Assembly (NCBI GenBank): GCA_022072125.1
Contig: JAJVIH010000018.1
Coordinates: 27,868-91,867, forward strand
DNA: 64,000 nucleotides
Source: Myxococcota bacterium
Lineage (GTDB): Bacteria; Myxococcota; JAJVIH01
Reading direction: 5' to 3'
Shown: piece after piece, positions 29,302 to 38,595 of the stretch
Numbering within the stretch: position 1 is the stretch's first letter
Layout: each line of letters starts with the position of its first letter
Translations under genes and position numbers: made by a program
The notes under the pieces: generated by a model
What the model saw: the letters and a program-made list of their open reading frames with translations, nothing else
What the model was told of the DNA's origin: nothing
The model's database searches: none

Positions 29302-29449
29302 GATATTCTCCGGAAAATCGTCCCGTAGTCCGGAGCGGACCTATCACCGGGCGGCGGCATGTTCAACCGGAGCATCCGGAACCTGCGTCCGCATCACTTC
29401 CAGGTTATCACCGTAATGAAGCCGGTTCATGGATTTCAGCCGGAGAACA

Positions 29450-29539
29450 TGGCGGAGAGGGTGGGATTCGAACCCACGTTACCGTTGCCGGTAAACCTGA
29501 TTTCGAGTCAGGCGCCTTCAACCGCTCGGCCACCTCTCC
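29450..29539 (-). tRNA. tRNA-Ser (anticodon CGA)
   Basis: Minus strand GGAGAGGTGGCCGAGCGG...CCTGA-CT-CGA-AA-TCAGG, long variable arm, GGTTCGAATCC T-loop, encoded CCA. Confidence 0.97.
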
Positions 29540-29552
29540 TCAGGGGAAACGC

Positions 29553-29581
29553 CTTATATCCAAGGCCCTCCAGCGGCGCAA
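29553..29581 (-). promoter_or_regulatory. Candidate sigma-70 promoter of tRNA-Ser
   Basis: Minus strand TTGCGC-N17-TATAAG 13 nt upstream of the tRNA 5' end. Confidence 0.55.
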
Positions 29582-29742
29582 GCGCATGGAATTTCCGTGG
29601 TTTCCCGCGCAACCGTTCATGGGACGCGCTCTCCGCGCCCGCCGCGATCTTCGCGCCGTTGTCACCATCCCCCACCCCCCACCAGGCCGCTGTCACCCAA
29701 CTGTTGCTTGACCACCGGACCCCGGCGCCCGATGAAATTTCC

Positions 29743-30186
29743 ATGGAAAAAAGGAAGCCCCGCGTTCTTTTCCTGTGTGTCGCCAACTCCGCCCGCAGCC
29801 AGATGGCCGAAGGTTTGGCGCGCGCGCTCTTCCCCGGCCTGGATGTTCAAAGCGCCGGGTCCAGCCCCACGCGGGTCAATCCTTTCGCCGTCGAGGTGAT
29901 GGACGAATCCGGCGTGGATATCCGCCATCAATACTCCAAATCCGTATCGGAAATTGATCCCGCCAGCCTGGACTTGGTGATCACCCTGTGCGCCGAAGAG
30001 GTTTGTCCCGTATTTCTGTCAAACGCCCGGCGTTTCCACTGGCCAACGCCAGACCCGGCGAGCAACGATCCTTCCCTTTTCCGCGAGGTCATGCTGGAGC
30101 GTTTCCGCTCCGCCCGGGACGCCATCCGCGCCCGCCTGCTGGAACATCGCACCCTGTTTGAAGACGGCCCGGCCGGGCGCGGTTGA
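29743..30186 (+). CDS. arsC: Arsenate reductase ArsC, LMW-PTP family
   Basis: '[17 protein letters not shown]', 'VITLC....CP', 'HW..PDP'. Confidence 0.88.
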   Translation: MEKRKPRVLFLCVANSARSQMAEGLARALFPGLDVQSAGSSPTRVNPFAVEVMDESGVDIRHQYSKSVSEIDPASLDLVITLCAEEVCPVFLSNARRFHWPTPDPASNDPSLFREVMLERFRSARDAIRARLLEHRTLFEDGPAGRG

Positions 30187-30334
30187 TCGCCATTCCCGCA
30201 ATCCCGGCGGCGCCGCGGTAAAATCGCTTCTCATTCATATGGCGGAGCGGCCCGCGCGGGAAGACTGTTCTTCCGGCTTGCGGGATTGGGCGTCCCTCGA
30301 CAAACAAGGGCGGATTCCGTTATCAAGGAGCGAT

Positions 30335-31768
30335 ATGTCGCATTACGATTTGATCGTCATCGGTTCGGGCCCCGCGGGGGAAAAGGGCGCCGCCCAGGCG
30401 GCGTATTTTGGCAAGCGGGTGGCCATTATCGAAGCCCAGGCCCGTCCCGGCGGGGCCTGCGTCAACACCGGCACCATCCCCAGCAAGACGCTGCGCGAAT
30501 CCTCGCTTTACCTGTCGGGGGTGCGTTCGCGCGGGCTGTTCGGCGTGAATTACCTGATCAAACGCGACATCTCCGTCCAGGATTTCATGTACCGCAAACA
30601 CTATGTGGTGGGACGGGAGATCGAGCGCATCAACCGGAATATTGATCGCCACCGCATTGATCTCATCGAAGGCTGGGCGCAATTCGCCGGCCCCCGCGAA
30701 ATCCTGGTGGATGGCCCCAAGGGCCGGCAGCGTCTCACCGCGGATATTTTCCTGATCGCCACGGGCAGCACGCCGCACCATCCCGCCGGATTTCCGTTCG
30801 ACCTCCCAGGCGTCTACGACAGCGACACCATCCTCGATATCAAGGATTTGCCGCGCTCGATGGCGATCATCGGGGCGGGGGTGATTGGCTGTGAATACGC
30901 CACCATCTTCGCCGCGCTGGGCGCCCGCGTGATCCTGGTGGATGGCCGGGAGCAGATGCTGCCCTTCCTTGATCGCGAACTGTCGCAGAAGCTGCACGAA
31001 CAGATGATGCGGTTGGGCATCCAGGTGCTGTTCCGCGAATCAGTCACCGGCGTGGAGCGCATGGACGGCGTGCTGCGCGTGCGCCTCAAATCCGGCGACG
31101 ATTTCGACGTGGCCGCCGTACTGAACACCAGCGGACGCAACGGCAATATCGCCAAGCTGGCCCTGGACAAGGCCGGCGTGCAGACGGGAGAACGCGGCCG
31201 CGTGGTGGTCAATGATCACTTCCAGACCAGCGTTCCTCATATCTACGCCGCGGGCGATGTGGTGGGCTTTCCAGCCTTGGCCAGCGTCTCCATGGAGCAG
31301 GGGCGCGTGGCCATGTGTCACGCCTTCGGCATCAAGTACAAGGATCGCGTGTCCAACCTGCTGCCCATGGGCGTATACACCATTCCCGAGGTGTCCGCGG
31401 TGGGCGAAACCGAGGAAAGCTGCCAGGAAAAAGGCATTCCGCATGAGGTTGGCAGGGCCGGGTACGCGGGCAACGCGCGCGGCCAGATCATCGGCGACGA
31501 GGACGGCTTCGTGAAGCTGGTCTTCCACCGGGAGAACCTGCGCCTGCTGGGCGTCCACGTGATCGGCGAAAAGGCCAGCGAACTGGTTCATATCGGCCAG
31601 GCGGTCATGAGCTTCAACGGCCAGATCGATTATTTCATCCAGACGGTGTTCAACTACCCGACGCTCTCCGAACTCTACAAATACGCCGCCTACGACGGGC
31701 TTGGACGCCTGTCGCGCCGCGTGCAGATGGAAGGCGTCAACGCGCTGAAAAAAGACGCCGCGGAATGA
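30335..31768 (+). CDS. sthA: Soluble pyridine nucleotide transhydrogenase
   Basis: 'IGSGPAG', 'GACVNTGTIPSKTLRE' (CxxxxT), 'GAGVIGCEYA', 'FNYPTLSE.YK.AA'; AAGGAG RBS. Confidence 0.92.
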   Translation: MSHYDLIVIGSGPAGEKGAAQAAYFGKRVAIIEAQARPGGACVNTGTIPSKTLRESSLYLSGVRSRGLFGVNYLIKRDISVQDFMYRKHYVVGREIERINRNIDRHRIDLIEGWAQFAGPREILVDGPKGRQRLTADIFLIATGSTPHHPAGFPFDLPGVYDSDTILDIKDLPRSMAIIGAGVIGCEYATIFAALGARVILVDGREQMLPFLDRELSQKLHEQMMRLGIQVLFRESVTGVERMDGVLRVRLKSGDDFDVAAVLNTSGRNGNIAKLALDKAGVQTGERGRVVVNDHFQTSVPHIYAAGDVVGFPALASVSMEQGRVAMCHAFGIKYKDRVSNLLPMGVYTIPEVSAVGETEESCQEKGIPHEVGRAGYAGNARGQIIGDEDGFVKLVFHRENLRLLGVHVIGEKASELVHIGQAVMSFNGQIDYFIQTVFNYPTLSELYKYAAYDGLGRLSRRVQMEGVNALKKDAAE

Positions 31769-32547
31769 CCGCCCGCTTCGACACCGCCGCTTTCCGGCTT
31801 GACGCCGGCCCGGGCGCTCCCCGGGCGTTCCTGATTCACGGATTCACCGCCACGCCCTGGGATATGCGCATGATCGGCGAGGAACTGCGCCGGCGCGGCT
31901 TCACGGTCGTGGCTCCCCTGCTCGCGGGACACGGCGGGCGCTGGCAGGACCTGGAGCCCCTGAGCTGGCAGGATGTCTACCACCCGGTGTCCCGTCAATT
32001 CCTGGAGTTCGCGGCGGGGGGCAAGGCCAGCGTCATCGGCCATTCCTATGGCGCGCTGCTGGCGCTGCATCTCGCCGCCCAGCATCCGCACGATGTCGCA
32101 TCGGTCAGCGCGCTGGGCGCCGCCATGCATTTTGATCGCCTGACCCGGGCGCTGATTCCGGTCATCCACCGCACCAGGCTGTGGCGCTTTTACCGCGTGC
32201 AACACAAAACCCGCGGCGTGGACAGCCGTGATGATTTCATGCGCTGGAACAAACCTGGCTACATGGACATGCCCATCCGCCATGTCACGGAGATATGGAA
32301 GCTGCGCAACCTCGTGCGCCGCGAACTGGAGCGCGTCACCTGCCCGGCGCTGATCGTCCACAGCCGCAATGATCACACAGCCCCGCATACGGGGGCGCTG
32401 GAATTGACCCGTAAGCTGCGTGCCCGCCCGCTGGAACTGTACCTGACGGAAGAAAGCTTTCACGTGTTGACGGTGGATGTGGAGAAAGAGTTGATCACCC
32501 GGCGCGTCGCCAGCTTCACCCAGCGCGTTCACGCGGGGGACGGATAA
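31765..32547 (+). CDS. Alpha/beta hydrolase, carboxylesterase-like
   Basis: 'IHGFT', 'LAGHG', nucleophile 'GHSYG', 'HSRNDH', 'SFHVLT'; ATGA-coupled to sthA. Confidence 0.85.
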   Translation: MTARFDTAAFRLDAGPGAPRAFLIHGFTATPWDMRMIGEELRRRGFTVVAPLLAGHGGRWQDLEPLSWQDVYHPVSRQFLEFAAGGKASVIGHSYGALLALHLAAQHPHDVASVSALGAAMHFDRLTRALIPVIHRTRLWRFYRVQHKTRGVDSRDDFMRWNKPGYMDMPIRHVTEIWKLRNLVRRELERVTCPALIVHSRNDHTAPHTGALELTRKLRARPLELYLTEESFHVLTVDVEKELITRRVASFTQRVHAGDG

Positions 32548-32671
32548 AGGACGGCGTTCCGGTTCTCGCACGGCGTTCTCAATCCGGCGCTGGCGCGCCA
32601 TCCGCCATTCGAGATGCGGGAAAGCAATATCATCCCGCTCAAGCAGCCCCCGGATTCCAGCCCTTCGCGGC

Positions 32672-33106
32672 CTATTTCGCCTCGGTGGCGATGGAGATGG
32701 TGCGGATGCCGGACAGCTTGGCCAGGTCCATCACCTTGACCACGCGGCCGTGAGGGACCTTTTCATCCGATTGCACCACCAGCGGCGCGCCCGGCTTGTC
32801 CTTGGCGAGGCGCTTCAGATCTTCCTCCAGCGCGCTCAGCGAGGTGAGCTGGTTGCGGTAGATCAGCGAACCATCCTCGTGCAACACCACCACCGCCGCA
32901 TCGGATGGCATGGCGGCGCCCCGGGCGCTGGCGCGCGGCAATTCCACGTCAATCGTGGACACCTGCTGCGAGGGATTGCTGACCGCATTGGAAAAACTCG
33001 ATGTCACCATGAAAAAGATCAGCAACTGGAAGACGATATCAATCATCGGCGTCAGGTTGATTTCGTCGTCTCCGGAATCACTGGTGATCTGCTTGCGGAA
33101 ATTCAT
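32672..33106 (-). CDS. exbD: ExbD/TolR family protein
   Basis: 'INLTPMIDIVFQLLIFFMV', 'VELPRA', 'D..VPHGRVVKVMD'. Confidence 0.9.
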   Translation of the reverse strand: MNFRKQITSDSGDDEINLTPMIDIVFQLLIFFMVTSSFSNAVSNPSQQVSTIDVELPRASARGAAMPSDAAVVVLHEDGSLIYRNQLTSLSALEEDLKRLAKDKPGAPLVVQSDEKVPHGRVVKVMDLAKLSGIRTISIATEAK

Positions 33107-33804
33107 GGGCGCGCCTCCTCCGCCGGAGCGGCGGGAACGCTGACCGGTCCTGAACTGGAAAGGTTCTGCGGCGGCAGGGGATATTTCTGCCGGAACTCCA
33201 GCAACTCCACAATCTCGAAGGCGTGTTCTTCCATTTCGAGCACGATCACGTTGATGCGTCCGCGCAGGGTTTTGTGCATGATGTAGGCGGGAATCGCCGC
33301 GAACAGGCCCGCCGCGGTGGTCAGCAGCGCTTCCCACACGCCCCGGGCGACAACCGTGGGGTCGCCCATCACGCCGGCTTTTTCAATGGACTGGAAAGCG
33401 GTGATGAGTCCCAGCACCGTGCCCAGCAGACCCAAAAGCGGCTCCAGGTTGGCGACAATGCTGACCACGCTGACGAAGCGCTCCAGCATCGCCACCTCGA
33501 CGCGGCCGGAAAGCTCCACCGCCTCGCGCATTTTCTCGCGGCCCTGTTCGCGGTTGCGGATCGCCGCGGCGATGATGCGCGCCAGCGCCGAATCGTTTTC
33601 CTCGCAGGCGGCCAGCGCCTCCGAGCATTGCCCGCGCTCCAGCAACGAGCGCAGCCGTTTGAGAAACGCCTGGGGGATGGTGCGCGACTGGCGGAGGCTC
33701 CAGATGCGCTCCAGAAAAATCGCCGCCGCCAGGATGGAGGCGATCAGGATGGGCCACATCACCCATCCGCCGCGGTTCATCAGTTGTTCAAACTGTCCAA
33801 ACAC
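33103..33804 (-). CDS. exbB: MotA/TolQ/ExbB proton channel protein
   Basis: 'GGWVMWPI', 'PLLGLLGTV', 'EALLTTAAGL..AIP'. Confidence 0.9.
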   Translation of the reverse strand: MFGQFEQLMNRGGWVMWPILIASILAAAIFLERIWSLRQSRTIPQAFLKRLRSLLERGQCSEALAACEENDSALARIIAAAIRNREQGREKMREAVELSGRVEVAMLERFVSVVSIVANLEPLLGLLGTVLGLITAFQSIEKAGVMGDPTVVARGVWEALLTTAAGLFAAIPAYIMHKTLRGRINVIVLEMEEHAFEIVELLEFRQKYPLPPQNLSSSGPVSVPAAPAEEARP

Positions 33805-34005
33805 AGGCTGCCTTTGTCTTGTCCATGGTCAGGCTGGCCTGACCGCGGATTCGCGGCCCCCAACGCCTTGTTCCGGTTCGCGCCGGGTCAGGCGCCGGTT
33901 TGCCTTTTTCTCTCCGGACAACGTGGAAAACCGGGCTGAAGCGGTCCATCCCGGCAGTCATGCTCATACAACGGAGCGGCGGAACCGGCCAAGCGGGCGC
34001 AATCG

Positions 34006-35412
34006 TCATGGACGCCAGGTTCCGATGGCGTCGCTCAGCTTGAACAAGGCCAGTTCGGCGCCGATTTTCATGATGTTCAGGCCCATCTCGGCCTGAAGCT
34101 GGCGATCGGTCGCGTCCACCACCTCCAGGCTGGTGATGACCCCCGCCTCGTACTGGGCGCGGGCGGCTTCCACGGTTTCGGTGGCGATCTTCACCTGCTC
34201 CTCCACCACGCGGATCTGGTTGCGCATGGCGATCCAGTTGAGCCATGCGGTGGTGACCTCGCGCTCGATTTCGATGCGCTGGTTGCGGACGGCCTCGTTG
34301 GCCTCGACAATGCGCGATTCGGCGTCCTTGAGGTCGGCGTAGCGGGTTCCGCCGTCGTAAAGGGGAATCGTCAGGGTGAATACAAGCTGGTACACAAAAT
34401 TGTCGCCCTGGAAGCCGGGGGTGTCGGTGCCGCGCAGCAGGCCGGTGAAATCGAGCGATGGGACGAATTTCATCCACGCCACGTCATCGAGCCGGTTGGC
34501 CATGCTTTTGGCGAAGTCCAACGACTTCAGTTCGTCGCGGTTGGCGATGGCGGACTGCACCAACGTGGGTAATTCGCTGTTGACGGGGGGAACCGGGTTG
34601 GGGTCTTTGGTGGAAAATTCCGCCGGCCCGCCGATGAGGTTGGCCAGCACCGCGCGCGCCTGGTCAATGCCGGCCCTGGTGCGCGTGATCTCCAGTTCCA
34701 CTGCGGAAATCGCCGCCCGCGCCTGAATGACATCGAGTTTGGCGCCAATGCCGCCCGCCAGCCGGGCCTCGGCCACCCGCAAATGTTCCTTGCGCACAAT
34801 CAGCGAGGATTCCTGGATTTTCAGTTGCCGTTCGGCGGTGACCAACTGGTAGTAGGTCTCGACCACGCCGCGCAACAGCTTGCGCTCCTGCACGGTGTTG
34901 GTCAGCTTCTGCATTTCCAGGTTGTCGTATTCGTTCTTGATCAGGGGGATGGACAGGCCGTTGAACAATGGCTGCCGCAGCACCAGGTTCATGCCGAAGC
35001 TGTTGCGGCGGACAATCTCGATGGGCTGGCTGTTGGATCGAATCAGGGCGCGCTGTTCATCGAATTTGCTGGCGGGGATCAGGCCGCTGTCGCCCACCAG
35101 ATTCTGGATGGTGTCAATGGTGGCGATGGCGGACTGGGCGGGATCCAGCGCGCCGCCCGCCGAAGTATGGGTGAAGGTGCCCTGCCAGGTCAGGTTGGGT
35201 TTGATGAAGGCCCAGGCCTTGTCAATGCGGGCGTTGGCCTGGGTGACTTTCTGTTCCAGCAGCGGAAAGGCCGGATTGTTCTTGCGCGCCAGAACCAGCG
35301 CTTCCTCGATGGTCAGAACAGGCGGCGATTTCTGGGCGAAAGCGGAAACAGCCGCCAACAGGCAGGTCAGACCAACAACGGAAGCCAGCATACGGCGCTG
35401 GTAACGGACCAT
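34006..35412 (-). CDS. TolC-family outer membrane efflux protein
   Basis: Signal peptide, 'LTIEEAL..A...NP', 'QPLFNG', 'IPLYDGG', 'YEAG..TSLEV.DA'. Confidence 0.88.
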   Translation of the reverse strand: MVRYQRRMLASVVGLTCLLAAVSAFAQKSPPVLTIEEALVLARKNNPAFPLLEQKVTQANARIDKAWAFIKPNLTWQGTFTHTSAGGALDPAQSAIATIDTIQNLVGDSGLIPASKFDEQRALIRSNSQPIEIVRRNSFGMNLVLRQPLFNGLSIPLIKNEYDNLEMQKLTNTVQERKLLRGVVETYYQLVTAERQLKIQESSLIVRKEHLRVAEARLAGGIGAKLDVIQARAAISAVELEITRTRAGIDQARAVLANLIGGPAEFSTKDPNPVPPVNSELPTLVQSAIANRDELKSLDFAKSMANRLDDVAWMKFVPSLDFTGLLRGTDTPGFQGDNFVYQLVFTLTIPLYDGGTRYADLKDAESRIVEANEAVRNQRIEIEREVTTAWLNWIAMRNQIRVVEEQVKIATETVEAARAQYEAGVITSLEVVDATDRQLQAEMGLNIMKIGAELALFKLSDAIGTWRP

Positions 35413-35470
35413 GAAGCATCCTTTCGCGGCTGGCGTCCGGGCACGCCAAGACTCCCCCCCGCACGGGTGC

Positions 35471-35752
35471 TCATGTGTAATTCTTTTTCTGGGCGATGGC
35501 CACCAGCGCGTTCATGTTTTTGGTCACAAATTTCCTGAATTCATCCGGATCGATATCCGTGCCTTCAATCACCTTCTGGATGATCTCCTCCAGGCCCGCA
35601 TAACGGTTCCGGGATATCTCCATGGAGACCTTGAGCAGGGCGGCCGGATAATAGGGATGATGAACCAGTTCCTCGGGGGGGAGGGCCTGGTCCGGATCAT
35701 TGCCGCCGTTGGGGGGCGAGGCGGGGGGATTCTGGCGATTGGAATTGTCCAT
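35471..35752 (-). CDS. Small hypothetical protein
   Basis: 93-aa ORF with typical codon usage, downstream of a good sigma-70-like promoter; start uncertain. Confidence 0.55.
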   Translation of the reverse strand: MDNSNRQNPPASPPNGGNDPDQALPPEELVHHPYYPAALLKVSMEISRNRYAGLEEIIQKVIEGTDIDPDEFRKFVTKNMNALVAIAQKKNYT

Positions 35753-35779
35753 GGGATTCGGTGGTGCGTTTGAACCATT

Positions 35780-35808
35780 ACCATATATCACCATACATGT
35801 GCGGTCAA
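35780..35808 (-). promoter_or_regulatory. Candidate sigma-70 promoter
   Basis: Minus strand TTGACC-N17-TATGGT in an AT-richer patch. Confidence 0.5.
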
Positions 35809-36094
35809 ATATGTTGTTCCGCCTCCAGCCACCCCACCCCCATGGTTTGCGGCTGATCCACGGCGCAATCGCCTGTCCAGCGGCGCGCCCGGACGCCGGG
35901 CCTTCGGCTCGCCGGGGGCAAGTCAACCGCGCACCAAGGATATAACGCCGTGGCCGCCGCCGGCCAGAGCATCTCCGCTGGTGTGAGAAGACTCCTCACC
36001 GGACCGCCGGATGTGACCGAACATTCCCCACAAACGCCCGCCGCACGCCGGAAAGAAGTCCATCCAGCGGGGCCGGCCATGCAAGGAGATTGCC

Positions 36095-38401
36095 ATGCAC
36101 CCGAGACACTGGTGGAAATACCTGTTGGCGGTTCTGGTCATTGGCGCGGCGGGCGTCATGTACATGGGCGCAAAGACTTACAGCGACGCGCCGCCAGTTC
36201 CGGATTTCGCCGGTCCGGACGGAACGGTGCTTATCACCAGCAGTCAGGTGCTGGACGGCCAGGAGGTCTTTCTCAAGCGCGCCCTGATGAACTACGGTTC
36301 CATGTTCGGAGACGGCGCCGGGCGCGGGCCGGATTTCACCGCCGAGGCGCTGAATACCGGCGCGCGCGCCATGCAGCAATGGTACGAAGCCGCGGCGGAG
36401 CGCGATCCCGTCCTCGCCGATCAACTCATGCGCGAGGGCGTGGCGGGCCGCGTGCAACACGACATCCGCCACAATGCCTGGAATGCGGAGACCAACACCG
36501 TGCGGCTGACCGCGGCGCAGGCCGCGGCGTGGAAGGCGGTGCAGGATCATTATACCGCTAAATTCGCCTCGCGGTCCGCCGGCGCGTTCCAGCCCGCCGG
36601 ACTGATTTCGGACCCCGGCGAGATACATCTCTTGAGCGCGTTTTTCTTCTGGGGAGCATGGGTCTGCGGCGCGGAACGGCCAGGAACCGGCGCCAGTTAC
36701 ACGCACAACTGGCCCTACGACGAACTGGCCGGCAACCGTCCCACGCCGGGGACTTCATTCTGGAGCGTGATGGGATCGCTGGCCCTGATCCTGGCGCTGG
36801 GGGGCGTGCTGTATCTCCATGGACGTTATTCAGACGCCGAAACGCGCCAGCCGGAAGACATCAGCCCGCCAGCCACCATCGCGCGGGTGAGCGCGGCGAG
36901 CGCCTCCGGCCTGCAGCGGCTGACCTACGCATTTTTCGTCACCGCCATGGCGCTCTTCCTGCTCCAGGTCATCGCCGGCGTGTTCACGGTGCATGATTTT
37001 CTGGGCTTCACCACCTTCTTCGGAATCAACTTTTCGGAATATCTCCCGGTGACAGTGACCCGGAGTTGGCATGTCCAGTTCGCGGTGCAGTGGATCGCCG
37101 CCTGCTGGATCGCCGGTTCGCTGTTTGTATTGCCGCGCATCGCGCCACAGCCGCCCTCCCAGGTGACGCTGGCGAAAATTCTTTTTGGCATGCTGGTCAT
37201 CGTGGTGGCGGGCACGCTGGTGGGAGGCGTTCTGGGCCCTCATGGATTGCTGGGCGAATACTGGCGCGCACTGGGAAACCAGGGCTGGGAATTTGTCGAA
37301 CTGGGCAGGGTCTTTCAGTGGATATTGTTCGGGGTGTTCATCCTGTGGGCGATCATCCTGATTCGCGGGGTCTGGCCCGCGCTGGGAAAAGCATCGCCCT
37401 TCTCGATTCCCAACTGGATGCTCTACACCACGGCGGGAATCACCCTGTTGTTCGCGTCGGGATTCGTTTCGGGACCGCGCGCCAATTTTGTCATCGCCGA
37501 TTTCTGGCGCTGGTGCGTCATCCACATGTGGGCGGAATGTTTCTTCGAGGTGTTCACCACTGTGATCGCCTCGTGGTTCCTGGTGACAATGGGGGTGCTG
37601 GGCAGGCAGCGCGCCGAACGCATCGTGTTTCTGGCGGTCCTGCTTTTCCTGGGGTCGGGCCTGCTGGGCATCAGCCACAATTTTTACTGGAACGCCAAGC
37701 CTGAACCCATGCTGGCGATTGGCAGCGTCTTCTCCACCATGCAGGTGATTCCGCTGATCATGGTGACGGCGGAGGCCTGGCGTTTCCGCCGTTTGCCGCG
37801 CCAAGCCATGCGCAACGAAGGCGGCGTCAGCCAGTTCGGACTTACCGAACCCTTCCTGTTTTTGCTGGGAGTGAACTTCTGGAATTTCCTGGGCGCGGGG
37901 GTGTTTGGATTCATCATCAACCTGCCCATCGTCAATTATTTCGAGCATGGCACCTACCTGACAGTGAACCATGGCCACGCAGCGCTGTTTGGCGTGTACG
38001 GCAACCTGTCCATCGCGGCGGCCCTGTTCTGCGCCCGTTATCTCCTGCGCGCGGAGGCCTGGAGTCCGCGCATCCTCCGGATTTCCTTCTGGAGCCTGAA
38101 CGGGGGCTTGCTGCTGATGGTGCTGATGCACACCCTGCCGCTGGGGGTGGCGCAGTTCATGCTGGTGCTGCGCGAGGGATACGCCGCCGCACGCTCCCAT
38201 ACCTTCGTCGAAGGCCCGCTGTTCCAGACGCTGACCTGGATGCGCGCCATCGGCGGGGTGACGTTTTTCCTGGGAGGCGTGGTTCCGCTGGTGTGGTTCT
38301 TCCTGTCCCGGGCCAACAGCCTGAAACCCCCGGCGCCAGAGGCCGCGATGGAGAAGAAAGAATCCGGCATGGAGGCCGGAGCCGCCGCCGCCCCGTCCTG
38401 A
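36095..38401 (+). CDS. qNOR-superfamily heme-copper oxidoreductase with nitric oxide dismutase (Nod)-type active site
   Basis: qNOR architecture ('YTHNWPYD', 'RSWH', 'QGWEFVELG', 'HGHAA'); Nod-type motifs 'GDGA.RGPDF', 'HMWAE', 'GISHNFYW', 'STMQV'; AAGGAG RBS. Confidence 0.88.
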   Translation: MHPRHWWKYLLAVLVIGAAGVMYMGAKTYSDAPPVPDFAGPDGTVLITSSQVLDGQEVFLKRALMNYGSMFGDGAGRGPDFTAEALNTGARAMQQWYEAAAERDPVLADQLMREGVAGRVQHDIRHNAWNAETNTVRLTAAQAAAWKAVQDHYTAKFASRSAGAFQPAGLISDPGEIHLLSAFFFWGAWVCGAERPGTGASYTHNWPYDELAGNRPTPGTSFWSVMGSLALILALGGVLYLHGRYSDAETRQPEDISPPATIARVSAASASGLQRLTYAFFVTAMALFLLQVIAGVFTVHDFLGFTTFFGINFSEYLPVTVTRSWHVQFAVQWIAACWIAGSLFVLPRIAPQPPSQVTLAKILFGMLVIVVAGTLVGGVLGPHGLLGEYWRALGNQGWEFVELGRVFQWILFGVFILWAIILIRGVWPALGKASPFSIPNWMLYTTAGITLLFASGFVSGPRANFVIADFWRWCVIHMWAECFFEVFTTVIASWFLVTMGVLGRQRAERIVFLAVLLFLGSGLLGISHNFYWNAKPEPMLAIGSVFSTMQVIPLIMVTAEAWRFRRLPRQAMRNEGGVSQFGLTEPFLFLLGVNFWNFLGAGVFGFIINLPIVNYFEHGTYLTVNHGHAALFGVYGNLSIAAALFCARYLLRAEAWSPRILRISFWSLNGGLLLMVLMHTLPLGVAQFMLVLREGYAAARSHTFVEGPLFQTLTWMRAIGGVTFFLGGVVPLVWFFLSRANSLKPPAPEAAMEKKESGMEAGAAAAPS

Positions 38402-38595
38402 TCCGGATCGCATGGACTGGCTGAATGGGCTGCATGGCCGGAGCAGGCCGCCGCGGGCGTGAAACGCCCCTCGCCGCCGCGCGCTACTTTCTCCCGCCAT
38501 GGCCCTTTTCGACAGGCTTCCTCTCCGCATGCTGGACGAAAACCACGGAGCGGGTATGCTGGCGATCCAACACGCAAGCGATGGAGTGAGCGGCC

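Noticed and set aside
29302-29539. tRNA-Ser as an integration site for an island
   Set aside because: No integrase, no duplicated tRNA 3' end and no obvious compositional shift seen in the window
29359-29742. N-terminal extension of the arsC ORF in the track
   Set aside because: It runs across the antisense of tRNA-Ser and its promoter; the ArsC domain starts at ATG 29743
29743-30186. Arsenic-resistance operon
   Set aside because: arsC is alone; there is no arsR, acr3 or arsB in the window
36095-38401. Plain norB/qNOR annotation
   Set aside because: The FeB HH pair, the conserved Glu and the quinol-site Asp are substituted in the Nod pattern
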